DNA of 64,000 bases, from contig JBBDUI010000002.1 of NCBI GenBank assembly GCA_040903985.1, positions 390,038 to 454,037 on the forward strand. The letters are read 5' to 3'. The position numbers were made by a program, and so were the translations under genes. The notes beneath the pieces were generated by a model. The model was not told where the DNA came from and searched no databases. It worked only from the letters and a program-made list of their open reading frames with translations. Below are positions 20,082 through 30,418 of this stretch, one piece after another. The stretch is from Candidatus Saccharimonadales bacterium. GTDB lineage: Bacteria > Patescibacteriota > Saccharimonadia > QS-5-54-17. The first letter of the stretch is position 1. Each line of letters opens with the position of its first letter.

Positions 20082-22124
20082 CTAAGGAGTCACGGTAATA
20101 GGGAAGGACAGGCCCTGGTTGGGGAATACTACTAGTCCATCTAAGACCAGGTTAAATCTCTCTACGTACTGACCGGGCGTATTCGGAGCCGTAAAAGTAA
20201 TATCATAGGTAGCATTTTTGCCTGGTCCTGCAATTTTTGTGGCAGCACTTATCTGGTTCTTTGAACCGAGCCACTCCCAGGTAGAGCTCGCAAATGCAGA
20301 GTTACGATAGCCTGGATCCCAGGTAAGCATACGTACATCTCTTAAGGGTCCTTGAGCTGGGTCATCACTCGGGACTTTACGGCGTGCATTGCGCCAAATC
20401 ATATTACCCTCATTCCGGACCGTAACAGAAAAGGTAGCCTGCTCACCTGTAGAAAGAGTAGAGGGAACTCCTGAGGTGCTTACGATTGAATATCTCGGAA
20501 TGATAGGTGGAACACTTATAGTAACGGGTATATTCAATCCGGGGATAAATTTTTCTCCGTCGAGCACTAACCTAAAGTTATGTTCATGTTCTTTGATCTC
20601 TTGGTACGGCGCAAAAATAGTAGCTCTGAATGTTCCCACTTCTCCCGGTGCTACTTTGGGTTCCTGCAGTTTTATCTGATTTCTTGTACCAAGCCAAGCG
20701 GAAGATGTGCGAGGGTAAGCAAAAGGACTGTTTCGATACCCACTCGCAGCGAGTCGTATCGGACGCACTCCCGGTGGGCGGTTATCGTCTGAGTGCCACG
20801 TTTCTACCCCGGTATTCTTAAGTTTAACAGTTATAAAGTTTCCGTCGCCCGGTAAAATCCCCCGCGGCGCTTCAATAGATACAGTTTCATAAGCATAGTC
20901 TGGGATAGATTTAACCGCAACGGACATTACTGTATCGGTGTAGACCCTGACACCATTGTGGACTAGGACCATATCTATAGTGTGCGAAAGAGATTGCTGC
21001 GGGGCTTTTAAGGTAAAGTTGAATGTCGCTATTTGGCCAGGCGCAACCGACGCCTCGACCATCTTTACTTGATTCTGTGTTCCCATCCAGGCTGGATCTG
21101 AAGTATTGGCAAATACAGTATTCTTGTAACCCGTAGTCATAAGCCGGAAAGCACGCTGGCCTTGAGGTAGGTTGCCATCTGAATACCAAGTCAGAGATGA
21201 GTTATTCTTAATTTTAAATTGCACCGAGACAACCTCTCCGTAGGCGATTTCGCCATCAGGCAGAGTTTGTGATTCTAATGTGTAGAACGGTCCAGAGGTA
21301 CTGCCAAACCAGTTCGTAAAAAAGAACCAGAAGTTACGATTGCCATAGGAACTACATCTGTCTCCGGTCCCAGGGAAAGCGTCTAATGAAGCCTGGTTGG
21401 GCTGATATGGCGTGTATGAATATAAAGATGCAGTGGCACGGTTCTTTATATTCACATTAGTGCTGCCACAGTAGTTGATATCCGGATTATTCTTATACTG
21501 GCCATAGTATTCATCACATCCGCCCCCAGATGCGGGTACTCTACATGGGCCAGGGTGGAAATATACTTTACGTACCCCTGGAGAGTATGGCACGTAGGTT
21601 AGGTTATCGTCATAGAATCCTCTGAAGTGCCAAACGCCGTAATCGATTTGTCGCGTGAATCCATAAGCGGACACACTGCAAGGCTCGGTGTCGGGACAGC
21701 CGTACCCAAGAGCTGTATTGTAGCGCCAGGAAGGGCAGTCGTTGCGGGTGATTAATCTCTGTTCTTTCTCTAATGTCGCAAGTATTACCTGAGGATTTAT
21801 ATCGTATATTTGTGCCGCTTGATAAATAAGCTTAGAAGCGAGTACCTTATTATTATCATTGCCCCTTCCATACGGTTCATCTCCATAGCCATCATTATTG
21901 TCGTCATATAATGCTAGGGTTCTAAAGTCTTTAAGGCACGTCGATCCTTTCGCTTCTAGAAAGGCTTGTATTTGGCTTTCCGACATAGCGTTTTTATTCG
22001 TAAAGACGGTGTCATCGATAATACGGCCTGGATCGAAAGTGGCGGCTTGTACTTTTGGAGCCGCAGCTATGAGCGATATTCCAAGAATGAGTACCGCTAG
22101 AGATAGTATGCGTATTATTCTCAT
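20082..22124 (-). CDS. Secreted protein: lysozyme-like N-terminal domain plus three Ig-like repeats
   Basis: Signal peptide, INPQVILATLEKEQ and YGNRNFW. Three repeats of KN.G...W...GY.N..F...W.G..NQ...V.PG...TF...AP. Confidence 0.7.
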   Translation of the reverse strand: MRIIRILSLAVLILGISLIAAAPKVQAATFDPGRIIDDTVFTNKNAMSESQIQAFLEAKGSTCLKDFRTLALYDDNNDGYGDEPYGRGNDNNKVLASKLIYQAAQIYDINPQVILATLEKEQRLITRNDCPSWRYNTALGYGCPDTEPCSVSAYGFTRQIDYGVWHFRGFYDDNLTYVPYSPGVRKVYFHPGPCRVPASGGGCDEYYGQYKNNPDINYCGSTNVNIKNRATASLYSYTPYQPNQASLDAFPGTGDRCSSYGNRNFWFFFTNWFGSTSGPFYTLESQTLPDGEIAYGEVVSVQFKIKNNSSLTWYSDGNLPQGQRAFRLMTTGYKNTVFANTSDPAWMGTQNQVKMVEASVAPGQIATFNFTLKAPQQSLSHTIDMVLVHNGVRVYTDTVMSVAVKSIPDYAYETVSIEAPRGILPGDGNFITVKLKNTGVETWHSDDNRPPGVRPIRLAASGYRNSPFAYPRTSSAWLGTRNQIKLQEPKVAPGEVGTFRATIFAPYQEIKEHEHNFRLVLDGEKFIPGLNIPVTISVPPIIPRYSIVSTSGVPSTLSTGEQATFSVTVRNEGNMIWRNARRKVPSDDPAQGPLRDVRMLTWDPGYRNSAFASSTWEWLGSKNQISAATKIAGPGKNATYDITFTAPNTPGQYVERFNLVLDGLVVFPNQGLSFPITVTP

Positions 22125-22125
22125 A

Positions 22126-22686
22126 CTACTTCACCGTTACCTTATAAGTATCAGATGAGACAGATTGGTTACCCTGTAGATGGGCGACAGAGACTTTCCA
22201 TTCTCCCATGGCGGGTAATTCAGCAATAGGAATTCTGAAACCATCACAGGCATAATAATTAGGTCCGACGACGACTTCAGCACTACGCACTATACTTTCA
22301 TGGCCTGCTTTCTCCAGAGTGAGCCTACATGTACCACTTGATATTGTATTGAATATGGCAGATACCCGAATAGCATCACCCGATTGCTCGTAGCGAGTAA
22401 TATGCGGTTTCTCGATGGGTGGATTCTCTGGCGGTTGTTCCTCTGGTTCAACTCTTTTATCTCCATCTGGTTGGACATTCTTCGCGTCATTATTTCGATC
22501 TTCCGGAACTTGATCTTCGTCAACACGGTCATTGCTATCGCTATAGTCGGATGTACTAGAGTTAGAATCTTGTGCAGTATCGGAATTTATCTTAGAGGTA
22601 TCAGACTGCATTACAGCATACCCCACACCCAGGGTGAGAATGGCTACTGCGATAATTGATATAGTGAGTCTTTTGTTCATCTTCAT
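22126..22686 (-). CDS. Membrane-anchored hypothetical protein
   Basis: N-terminal TM helix, Ser/Asp-rich linker and a beta-rich C-terminal domain with a Cys pair. Confidence 0.7.
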   Translation of the reverse strand: MKMNKRLTISIIAVAILTLGVGYAVMQSDTSKINSDTAQDSNSSTSDYSDSNDRVDEDQVPEDRNNDAKNVQPDGDKRVEPEEQPPENPPIEKPHITRYEQSGDAIRVSAIFNTISSGTCRLTLEKAGHESIVRSAEVVVGPNYYACDGFRIPIAELPAMGEWKVSVAHLQGNQSVSSDTYKVTVK

Positions 22687-22785
22687 AATTTACCTGGGAG
22701 TTTTTATTTTATAGCACTTTCTTTATGTATCAATATAAGCATAAAAACCATTAAAAAACAAGCAAATAACTCCTATCGATGGCTG

Positions 22786-24669
22786 CTAGTTAAGTTCATA
22801 TACTGAATAATATTCTGACTTAAAAATCGTATCGAGAGAAAACTCCGTCGCAAAGCTTTTTATGTAGGTATTCCTCTGCGGAGAGATCATATAATCTACT
22901 TTATATTTTTTAAGAAGTTGCATAAATCTATCTTGTGAGATGCTATGCGTATCGGTGTTATTTATTATGTTAAACATAAGCCGAAGTTCGTTATACTCGG
23001 TAGTCCCTGCTGGATGATAGGATGGAATATAAAATTTTCGTGATACCAGTAGCTGATGCTTTGATGTGAAATTATGTAGGTAAACTGCAGGGCTCGATGC
23101 AGCCAAGATGACACCTTGGGGTTGCTCAGTAAGTTCGTTTGCCACTTCACTAACACCGACAGGAGCCTTGTGCCGAGAATTATCAAATGTACTGTCTGGG
23201 TGGCTATAGATAAAAGTACCAGCCCCTATGTACACAAGCGAGACAGCTACAATAACCCCGATTCTCGTTAGATCCACTGCTTTCGGAAGAATCCTTGCAA
23301 AGGCCTCATTAATAAAACTATATATATGCACCCCGGCAATTGGGACCATGATAGTTATGGGTATAATCCAAAATAGACGCCAGTAGGTGTTGGTGGTTAT
23401 GTACGTGTATAGGGGTTCAAATAGTAGTGGGTTCAATATGGTTGCGAAAAGTGCGGCAGGAAAGATTATCACAAGGGTAACTATGCGCATATCTATCTTT
23501 TTCTTTAAAGATAAACAGGCTCCAAGTAGTACTACGTACAAGTAGCGGGTACCACCGATGAAACGTTGTAGATAATTTCCGTATGTACGACCGTCGGGAA
23601 GTATCTTGGGGTCTAACGAACCACCAACGCCACTACTAACCATAAGTTTTGCAGCAACACCCATAATTATGACTGGCAAGAGTGTTGCAGATAGCTTTAA
23701 AGCAGAACTAAAGTTACGGTACTTAATTACAGTTAGGGCGCCAAACACCCCTATAGGCGTTGCCCCAAGAAAGATAATGGCAGGGTTTAATGCCATGCCG
23801 GCAATTAATAGGACGCCGATAGAAATGTACGCCTCTTTATTATCGGGTCGATTATATGTAGCCAGGAGGGAATTCAGTAACATTGGGAGAATAAGCGCAG
23901 CTAGGATTGCTTTGCCTTGCCACGAACGAGTCATAAGGAAAGATCCTTGTGAGTATATTGAGAATCCACTAAATAATAGGAATATAAACAGAAGCAGCAG
24001 CGCAAGATAAGTGTACTCGTCAGAGCGTAAAAGATCTTTATAGATATACTTATGGGCAGAAAAGACGAGAATCATGATGAGCATCGGAATAAGACTATGG
24101 GCAAACTCGACTGCAGTTAGTTGAAAGCTGTGAGCCATAGATGCCTGGAGAAGCTCCCATGACTGGAATATGTATGCCTTCGATATGGGGAATTCAGCAT
24201 TTCCGGTTGATGGATCATACAGGTACAGTTGATCGGTACCTATGCTTTGCTCCGTTAGGCTAACATAAAACGCATCATCGGCGTCATACTTTACATAGAA
24301 TTGAGCTAATCCAATCGAGACAAGCAGAGAGATGATGGCAAATATGGCCATAAGCGACGGTTTTTTAAACGCAATTTCTCCGTCTCTTATTTTTTTAATA
24401 AAAATTACCAATCCATATATCAATACGACGGTATTTAAAGCAAGAAAAACGGCATAGAAGGCATAGAAGGCTAAATGATTTAATATAAACGGGAGTGCGA
24501 GTAGCTCATTAACTGCTAAAAATAGTACAAATCCCCCTGCGATACTTTGAAGCTGAGGGGCGATATGCCGCTTGGCTAACAGCCCATACGAGTAAAAGAG
24601 CGCAATCAGAATAGATGTTGTAGCAAAAAGATGAAGCAGGAACATGGGTGTAATGGTTGTCTCACTCAT
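22786..24669 (-). CDS. Polytopic membrane protein, DUF6077-like (probable GT-C)
   Basis: DADDAFY, RSWQGKA and YWRLFW motifs; more than 12 TM helices. Confidence 0.65.
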   Translation of the reverse strand: MSETTITPMFLLHLFATTSILIALFYSYGLLAKRHIAPQLQSIAGGFVLFLAVNELLALPFILNHLAFYAFYAVFLALNTVVLIYGLVIFIKKIRDGEIAFKKPSLMAIFAIISLLVSIGLAQFYVKYDADDAFYVSLTEQSIGTDQLYLYDPSTGNAEFPISKAYIFQSWELLQASMAHSFQLTAVEFAHSLIPMLIMILVFSAHKYIYKDLLRSDEYTYLALLLLFIFLLFSGFSIYSQGSFLMTRSWQGKAILAALILPMLLNSLLATYNRPDNKEAYISIGVLLIAGMALNPAIIFLGATPIGVFGALTVIKYRNFSSALKLSATLLPVIIMGVAAKLMVSSGVGGSLDPKILPDGRTYGNYLQRFIGGTRYLYVVLLGACLSLKKKIDMRIVTLVIIFPAALFATILNPLLFEPLYTYITTNTYWRLFWIIPITIMVPIAGVHIYSFINEAFARILPKAVDLTRIGVIVAVSLVYIGAGTFIYSHPDSTFDNSRHKAPVGVSEVANELTEQPQGVILAASSPAVYLHNFTSKHQLLVSRKFYIPSYHPAGTTEYNELRLMFNIINNTDTHSISQDRFMQLLKKYKVDYMISPQRNTYIKSFATEFSLDTIFKSEYYSVYELN

Positions 24670-24761
24670 AATACAAATTGCAAATATAGATTTTCAGTTT
24701 ATAGAGCACATTTTTCTCCTATGATACACTGTACAGGTAAAGAATAAAGAGTGATAACGAG

Positions 24762-25742
24762 TTGAAATTAATTGTTTTTTCAATCTGCAAAAATGAAGCT
24801 AAAACCATTGGCAAGGTGCTTGATTTAGTACCAGAAACCATCCCGGGTATTCACACAATTGAAAAATGGGTACTAAGTGATGGCAGTACTGATGGGACGG
24901 TTGATGTAGCCGAACGACATGGCGCCAAGGTGATTGATGGTCGTTATCAAAAACGTTTGGCTTACCGATTTCAAGAGGCGGTAGATATAGCTTTGCACGC
25001 AAAAGCCGACGTAATGGTCAACATCGACGGGGATCTTCAGTTTGACCCACGCGATATTCCGCGGCTAATAGAGCCGATACTGAAGGATGGTTACGATTTT
25101 GTTGCTGCTGATAGGTTCACCGATTCTGAAACTGGGAAAAAAAGAAGACCAGAGAATATGCCAGCTAGTAAATATTGGGCAAACAGACTAGGCGCTCGAG
25201 TCGTAAGTATACTTACTAAAGAGAAGTTCAATGATGTTACCTGCGGATTCAGGGCGTATAATCGGCGGGCCCTGCTGGGCATAAATCTAAATGGAAAGTA
25301 CACTTACACCCAAGAGTCTTTCCAGGTGTTAGCTATGAAAAGAATGAATATTGCCACTATTCCGCTAGGTGTAAAGTACTACCCGGATCGAAAATCTCGA
25401 GTCGTTACTAATTTTACACAATTCTTGTTTGGCAGTGGTTTAAATATATTGAGAGCCTATAGGGACTTTGCGCCTTTGCGTTTCTTCGGACTGCTCAGCT
25501 TTGTAAGTGCACTAGCGGGAATAATACTATTAACATTTCTCGGCGTTCATTGGCTCCAAGAAGGGAAATTGACACCATATAAATCTGTAGGGTTCATAGG
25601 TATTTATTTTGTAACAGTGGGACTATTTATGCTTGGACTCGGACTAGTTGCTGACATGCTGCAAAGATTGAATAATAACCAGGAAAAAATACTGGAAAAA
25701 GTTAAAACTATAGAGTTAATGACTTCTGAAGAAAATGAATAG
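24762..25742 (+). CDS. GT2 polyprenol-phosphate glycosyltransferase-like
   Basis: NEAKTI, DGSTDGT, IDGDLQFDP and DVTCGFRAY; two C-terminal TM helices. Confidence 0.88.
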   Translation: MKLIVFSICKNEAKTIGKVLDLVPETIPGIHTIEKWVLSDGSTDGTVDVAERHGAKVIDGRYQKRLAYRFQEAVDIALHAKADVMVNIDGDLQFDPRDIPRLIEPILKDGYDFVAADRFTDSETGKKRRPENMPASKYWANRLGARVVSILTKEKFNDVTCGFRAYNRRALLGINLNGKYTYTQESFQVLAMKRMNIATIPLGVKYYPDRKSRVVTNFTQFLFGSGLNILRAYRDFAPLRFFGLLSFVSALAGIILLTFLGVHWLQEGKLTPYKSVGFIGIYFVTVGLFMLGLGLVADMLQRLNNNQEKILEKVKTIELMTSEENE

Positions 25743-26837
25743 ATGATTCATTTTGTAATAGGTACCAGGGCACAGTTATTTAAAATGGCTCCGATAATGT
25801 TGGAGTGTGAGAAACAGGGACTGGAGTGGCGTTGGATATATACCGCTCAACACAAAGAGACTATTGCTCAGTCACTCGAAACCTTCCAACTTCCGCTAGC
25901 AGACTACACAATCTTTGATTGGGACAGCGAAGCGAAAACCATGGGGAAAGTATGGTATTGGTTTCTGCGAATACTTCTTCAACTTAGTAAAGGAAAAAAG
26001 ATTTTTGCTGGGTATACCGGTAAAAAACATATTGTACTTACGCATGGCGATACATTAACGACATGGTGGGGGGCGTTGCTAGGTAGATTATACGGTTGTC
26101 AAGTTATGCACGTTGAGGCTGGGTTGCGTAGTTTCAATATTTTCAAACCCTTTCCCGAAGAGATAAATCGACTTATTACATTTCGTTTGGCTAATTACTA
26201 TGCCTGTCCAGGGGATTGGGCGGTAGAAAATCTCACTAAGTATAAGGGTGTAAAAATAAATACGCATCAAAATACACAACTAGACACTTTAATGTTTGGG
26301 CTGAAAAACTGTGACAGATCCGAAGCGGTGCTTCCAAATAGCAAGTATGTAGTTGCTAGTATCCATAGGTATGAGAACATATTTAATCAGAATAGGTTTT
26401 CAGATATCCTTGAAAAGATTAAATTTGTCTCAGATTCATTTATTGTCTTGTTTGTGCAACACCCAGCTACAGAGGAGCAACTTAAAAAATTTAATCTAAT
26501 GCAGAACATTAGTAACTCAAAGAAAATTAAACTACTGCCTAGACTTGAGTATCTCGACTTCATAAAGACTGTTAAACACAGCGAGTTTGTTATAACTGAT
26601 GGAGGCGGAAACCAAGAAGAGCTGTACCACATGGGAAAACCGACATTGATATTTAGAAACGAAACCGAGAGACAGGAGGGCTTAGGTGTGACTGCCGTGA
26701 TATCAAAGTTGGATGACAAGATTATAAATAGTTTCATTGATAATTATAAAGATTATGAAAGAAAGAAGCTGGTAGAGTACGAATCACCGTCTGAAATCAT
26801 AGCTAACCATCTTAAGGGTATGGGCTATGGCAAATAA
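25743..26837 (+). CDS. UDP-N-acetylglucosamine 2-epimerase family protein
   Basis: GTRAQ..K, HGDT, HVEAGLRS, PFPEEINR, TDGGGNQEE and TERQEG. Confidence 0.9.
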   Translation: MIHFVIGTRAQLFKMAPIMLECEKQGLEWRWIYTAQHKETIAQSLETFQLPLADYTIFDWDSEAKTMGKVWYWFLRILLQLSKGKKIFAGYTGKKHIVLTHGDTLTTWWGALLGRLYGCQVMHVEAGLRSFNIFKPFPEEINRLITFRLANYYACPGDWAVENLTKYKGVKINTHQNTQLDTLMFGLKNCDRSEAVLPNSKYVVASIHRYENIFNQNRFSDILEKIKFVSDSFIVLFVQHPATEEQLKKFNLMQNISNSKKIKLLPRLEYLDFIKTVKHSEFVITDGGGNQEELYHMGKPTLIFRNETERQEGLGVTAVISKLDDKIINSFIDNYKDYERKKLVEYESPSEIIANHLKGMGYGK

Positions 26838-27816
26838 AGTATCCATTGTATTAGCAACATACACCGGTGAAGATCATATTGATGATTGCCTTCAAAGTTT
26901 ACTAGATCAAAATGCAGGAGACTACGAATTTGAAGTAGTAGTGGTCATTGACGGACCGAATAAAACACTAAGGCAGAAGGTAGAAACTAAGAACGATGAT
27001 TTTGTAGGAAGAGGAATACCATTTACCATTTTTCAGTTTGAAAAGAATCAAGGCAGGTATGTAGCAAGATTAAAAGGGGCACAAATTGCTAAGAATCCTC
27101 AGCTACTTCTTGTTGATGATAGAAGCTTGCTAGACGCTAACTATCTCAATGCGGTGGTTGAGTCAGGCGAAAGTTGTATTATATCGAATGCTATAGAGTC
27201 TGAGTCTCCGACATTGATTAGTCGGGTGCTGTATCTCTTACGCCGTAAAATTTATAGTGGTGGATGGGGTGAAAAGTTTGATTCTTACTATATAACGGAC
27301 CAAAATTTTGAGAAATCCCCAAAGGGTACTACAGGTTTTTGGGTTAGCAAGAAAATGTTCTTGGAAGCCTGTGCGGCAATCAAGGGGAAAAACCTAAAAT
27401 CAGTAAACGAAGACACTAAGCTATTTAAATATATACTGTCGCAAGGCAAAAAATTGTATAAGTCTAGCGAGGCGAAGGTATATTATCGCCCCAGAACTGA
27501 AGTAAGTGAGGAGCTCAGGCATCTTTACGGAAGGGGTCCAAGATTCGTTGACTATTACTTCCAGAAAGGGACACGCTATTATAAACATATTTGGCTCTTA
27601 GCAGTATTACTGCCTATTTTTACTGCTGCACTAGTGGCGCTCCCCCAATTATTTATAGGGGTAATCATAGGGTTCTCTATATCTACTATAGTTGTAGCGG
27701 TACTTATAGCTACAAGACTGAGGGATATCCTGGTGGTTATCGTCGGACTGCCTCTTGTGGTAGGTGCTTTTGTCGCTGGTGTTATAAAAGGGCTTGCCGC
27801 AAAAGCCCGGAGGTAA
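26827..27816 (+). CDS. GT2 glycosyltransferase with C-terminal TM helices
   Basis: VSIVLATY, VVIDG, VDD and NED motifs. Confidence 0.82.
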   Translation: MANKVSIVLATYTGEDHIDDCLQSLLDQNAGDYEFEVVVVIDGPNKTLRQKVETKNDDFVGRGIPFTIFQFEKNQGRYVARLKGAQIAKNPQLLLVDDRSLLDANYLNAVVESGESCIISNAIESESPTLISRVLYLLRRKIYSGGWGEKFDSYYITDQNFEKSPKGTTGFWVSKKMFLEACAAIKGKNLKSVNEDTKLFKYILSQGKKLYKSSEAKVYYRPRTEVSEELRHLYGRGPRFVDYYFQKGTRYYKHIWLLAVLLPIFTAALVALPQLFIGVIIGFSISTIVVAVLIATRLRDILVVIVGLPLVVGAFVAGVIKGLAAKARR

Positions 27817-27880
27817 TAATTAAATTGCTGCAGTATTCAGCTATTGCTACACTGTGGAGAGTTCAAAGAAAGAGGAGTAC

Positions 27881-28660
27881 ATGAAAACATTCTTAGTTAC
27901 TGGGGGTGCAGGGTTCATTGGAAGCAACATAGCAAAGAAGCTTTCTGGAGCAGAAGACGCCGCAGTGGTTGGGGTGCGTCGCACTTTAGATAATCCCGTC
28001 TCCGTGCTAAGAGACATAGATGGGATTAAAAATATTCTCGATCTTTCTAAGAATACAGGAGTAAAGAGAGTTTTCTTCGCTTCTTCATCAGAGGTTTATG
28101 GTGAGCCAGTTGAAATGCCACAGCATGAGGAGAGAACTCCGCTTAACTCACGTCTACCGTATGCCATTGTTAAAAATGTCGGAGAAGCATTCCTGCGCTC
28201 ATATAAACAAGAATTCGGCTTAGACTATACGATATTTAGGTTTTTTAATACATACGGCCCAGGGCAGAGTGCAGATTTTGTGATGTCTAAATTTATAGAT
28301 GCTGCCTTAGCTGGAAGTGATATAACTATCTATGGAGATGGGATGCAGTCTCGTACTTTTTGCTATGTGGATGACAATATTGAGGCAACTACGAATGCAA
28401 TTACAGACGAGAGTACGGTCGATAGGGTCATTAATATAGGTAACGACCAGGAGACTTCTATACTTAGCTTGGCAGAAAAGATAATTTCGCTGATTGGTTC
28501 AAAGTCGAAGATTGTGCATCTCCCGCCCTTAAAAGAGGGAGACATGACACGGCGACAGCCTGACATAAGTGAGATGAGTAAGCTTCTTGGACGAGACCTC
28601 ACGCCACTAGATAAAGGAATTGAGAAGCTGTTAGAGTATAAAGTTCACCATAGCAATTAA
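27881..28660 (+). pseudogene. NAD-dependent nucleotide-sugar epimerase/dehydratase with an apparent in-frame internal deletion
   Basis: TGGAGFIGS is followed almost at once by AAVVGV. SSSEVYG and YAIVK are intact. SD GAGGAG precedes ATG 27881. Confidence 0.6.
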
Positions 28661-28730
28661 AAAAAGAGCGATTTTTTATACTTTAGTCATCGATGATAAA
28701 GTAAAAGAAGGAATTTACATTGGAGTAAGT

Positions 28731-29237
28731 ATGAATGAGGACATAGGCAAAAAGACTATTGGATATACAGCGGGCGTATTTGATCTTTTCCACATTGGTC
28801 ATTTGAATATTCTAAGAAATGCTAAATCAATGTGCGACCATTTGATCGTAGGAGTAACTGCCGATGAGCTGGTTAAGTATAAAGGGAAGACGGCTATAAT
28901 TCCATTTCGAGAACGGCTAGAGATTGTGCAGAGTATTGAGTATGTAGATACAGTAGTCGGACAATACGAACTCGATAAGTATAAGGCGTGGGAACTGTTG
29001 AAGTTCGACAAGATATTCGTCGGCAATGATTGGTTTGGCAGCAAAGAGTGGTTAGAGTATGAAGACAAGTTCGAAAAGGTTGGTGTCGAGGTAATATATT
29101 TCCCCTACACAATCGGTACTTCTTCAACAATTATCACGGACGTGCTTAAGAATAGTCACAAGCTGCTTGAGCAGGCAGAAAAGGAAGAAGAGAATTCACT
29201 AGCCGCAGAAGCTAGAATAAAGAAGCGTAAAAAATAG
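28731..29237 (+). CDS. Glycerol-3-phosphate cytidylyltransferase-like (TagD family)
   Basis: GVFDLFHIGH, GNDW and PYTIGTSST. Confidence 0.88.
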   Translation: MNEDIGKKTIGYTAGVFDLFHIGHLNILRNAKSMCDHLIVGVTADELVKYKGKTAIIPFRERLEIVQSIEYVDTVVGQYELDKYKAWELLKFDKIFVGNDWFGSKEWLEYEDKFEKVGVEVIYFPYTIGTSSTIITDVLKNSHKLLEQAEKEEENSLAAEARIKKRKK

Positions 29238-29245
29238 ATTAATGT

Positions 29246-30418
29246 ATGAAATTTGATAAAAAGAATCCTTTACACTGGTTATACCTGGTAGGAGGGGCGA
29301 TAGCGGTAGTTGTCACGTTGCCAGCCCGTATATTTAAATCATTCAGAGAAAAGCCACTAGTTGTGCTTTATGGTCATAAACTAAACGGTAATCTTAAGGC
29401 TTTCTATGATTATGTAAGTAGCATGACCGATCCCGAGTTTCGAGTGGTCTACCTTACGATGGATCCAGTTTACTATAAACAGCTAAAGAAGCAGGGGGTT
29501 GATGTGATGCTAAATCACAACCCTCTTCATATGTTTCATGTATCTCAGGCAGATGTTATGATGACGGATCACGGTTACCATTCCATATACATTTATTATC
29601 GTTGGACCAGCATGAAATTCGTGGATGTATGGCATGGAATACCGTATAAAGGGTACACGCCAAGTAATTTTGTAGCTTATCAAAATTATGCTGGAATATG
29701 GACTTCGTCGCCCACCCTGAGGAAGGCTTATGTAAACGACTTTAAATTGAATGATAATATAGTAAAAGTTACTGGCTATGCTCGAATAGATCCCCTTGTT
29801 AACGATGAATATAATCTCGATTCCGTAAGAGAAAAGTATGGAATCCCGACTACGTTTAAAAAAGTTGTACTACTGGCACCTACTTGGAGGCAGGATGATG
29901 CAGGGCGCAGTATTATTCCTTTCGATTTAGAGATAAGCGATTTTTTTAATGGATTAAATGACGTAGCGTCCAAGAGCAATACTCTCATTATCTTCAGGGC
30001 ACACCTCAATTCAGGAGACAATATTGACATTGCTCAGTATGAAAATATAAAGATAATGCCTTATGCAAGATACCCGGTGGCTGAAGACTTCCTTGCTATA
30101 TCGGATGTATTAATTAGCGATTGGTCTTCAATTGTATTTGATTATTTGCCTTTACGACGACCAACTATTTTTCTTGATGTACCATCACCGTTCAAAGATG
30201 GTTTTACGGTAAAGCCAAAATATCGTTTCGGAGAAATAGTCGCTAGCTATCAGACACTACTCTCTTCGTTGGAAGAGTACCTCGAAAGGCCGGATGTTTT
30301 TAGGGAAAAGTATAAAGCCATTATGAGTGAAGCAAATGAAGTGGTGTATGGGGATACGGCAGATGGACGATCAAGTGAGAGATATGTGAAAGAGCTGAAA
30401 AGGCTTATAGGTGCGTAG
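29246..30418 (+). CDS. CDP-glycerol/ribitol glycerophosphotransferase (TagF/TagB family)
   Basis: WHGIPYK, TGYARID, LAPTWR and DVLISDWSS. Confidence 0.9.
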   Translation: MKFDKKNPLHWLYLVGGAIAVVVTLPARIFKSFREKPLVVLYGHKLNGNLKAFYDYVSSMTDPEFRVVYLTMDPVYYKQLKKQGVDVMLNHNPLHMFHVSQADVMMTDHGYHSIYIYYRWTSMKFVDVWHGIPYKGYTPSNFVAYQNYAGIWTSSPTLRKAYVNDFKLNDNIVKVTGYARIDPLVNDEYNLDSVREKYGIPTTFKKVVLLAPTWRQDDAGRSIIPFDLEISDFFNGLNDVASKSNTLIIFRAHLNSGDNIDIAQYENIKIMPYARYPVAEDFLAISDVLISDWSSIVFDYLPLRRPTIFLDVPSPFKDGFTVKPKYRFGEIVASYQTLLSSLEEYLERPDVFREKYKAIMSEANEVVYGDTADGRSSERYVKELKRLIGA

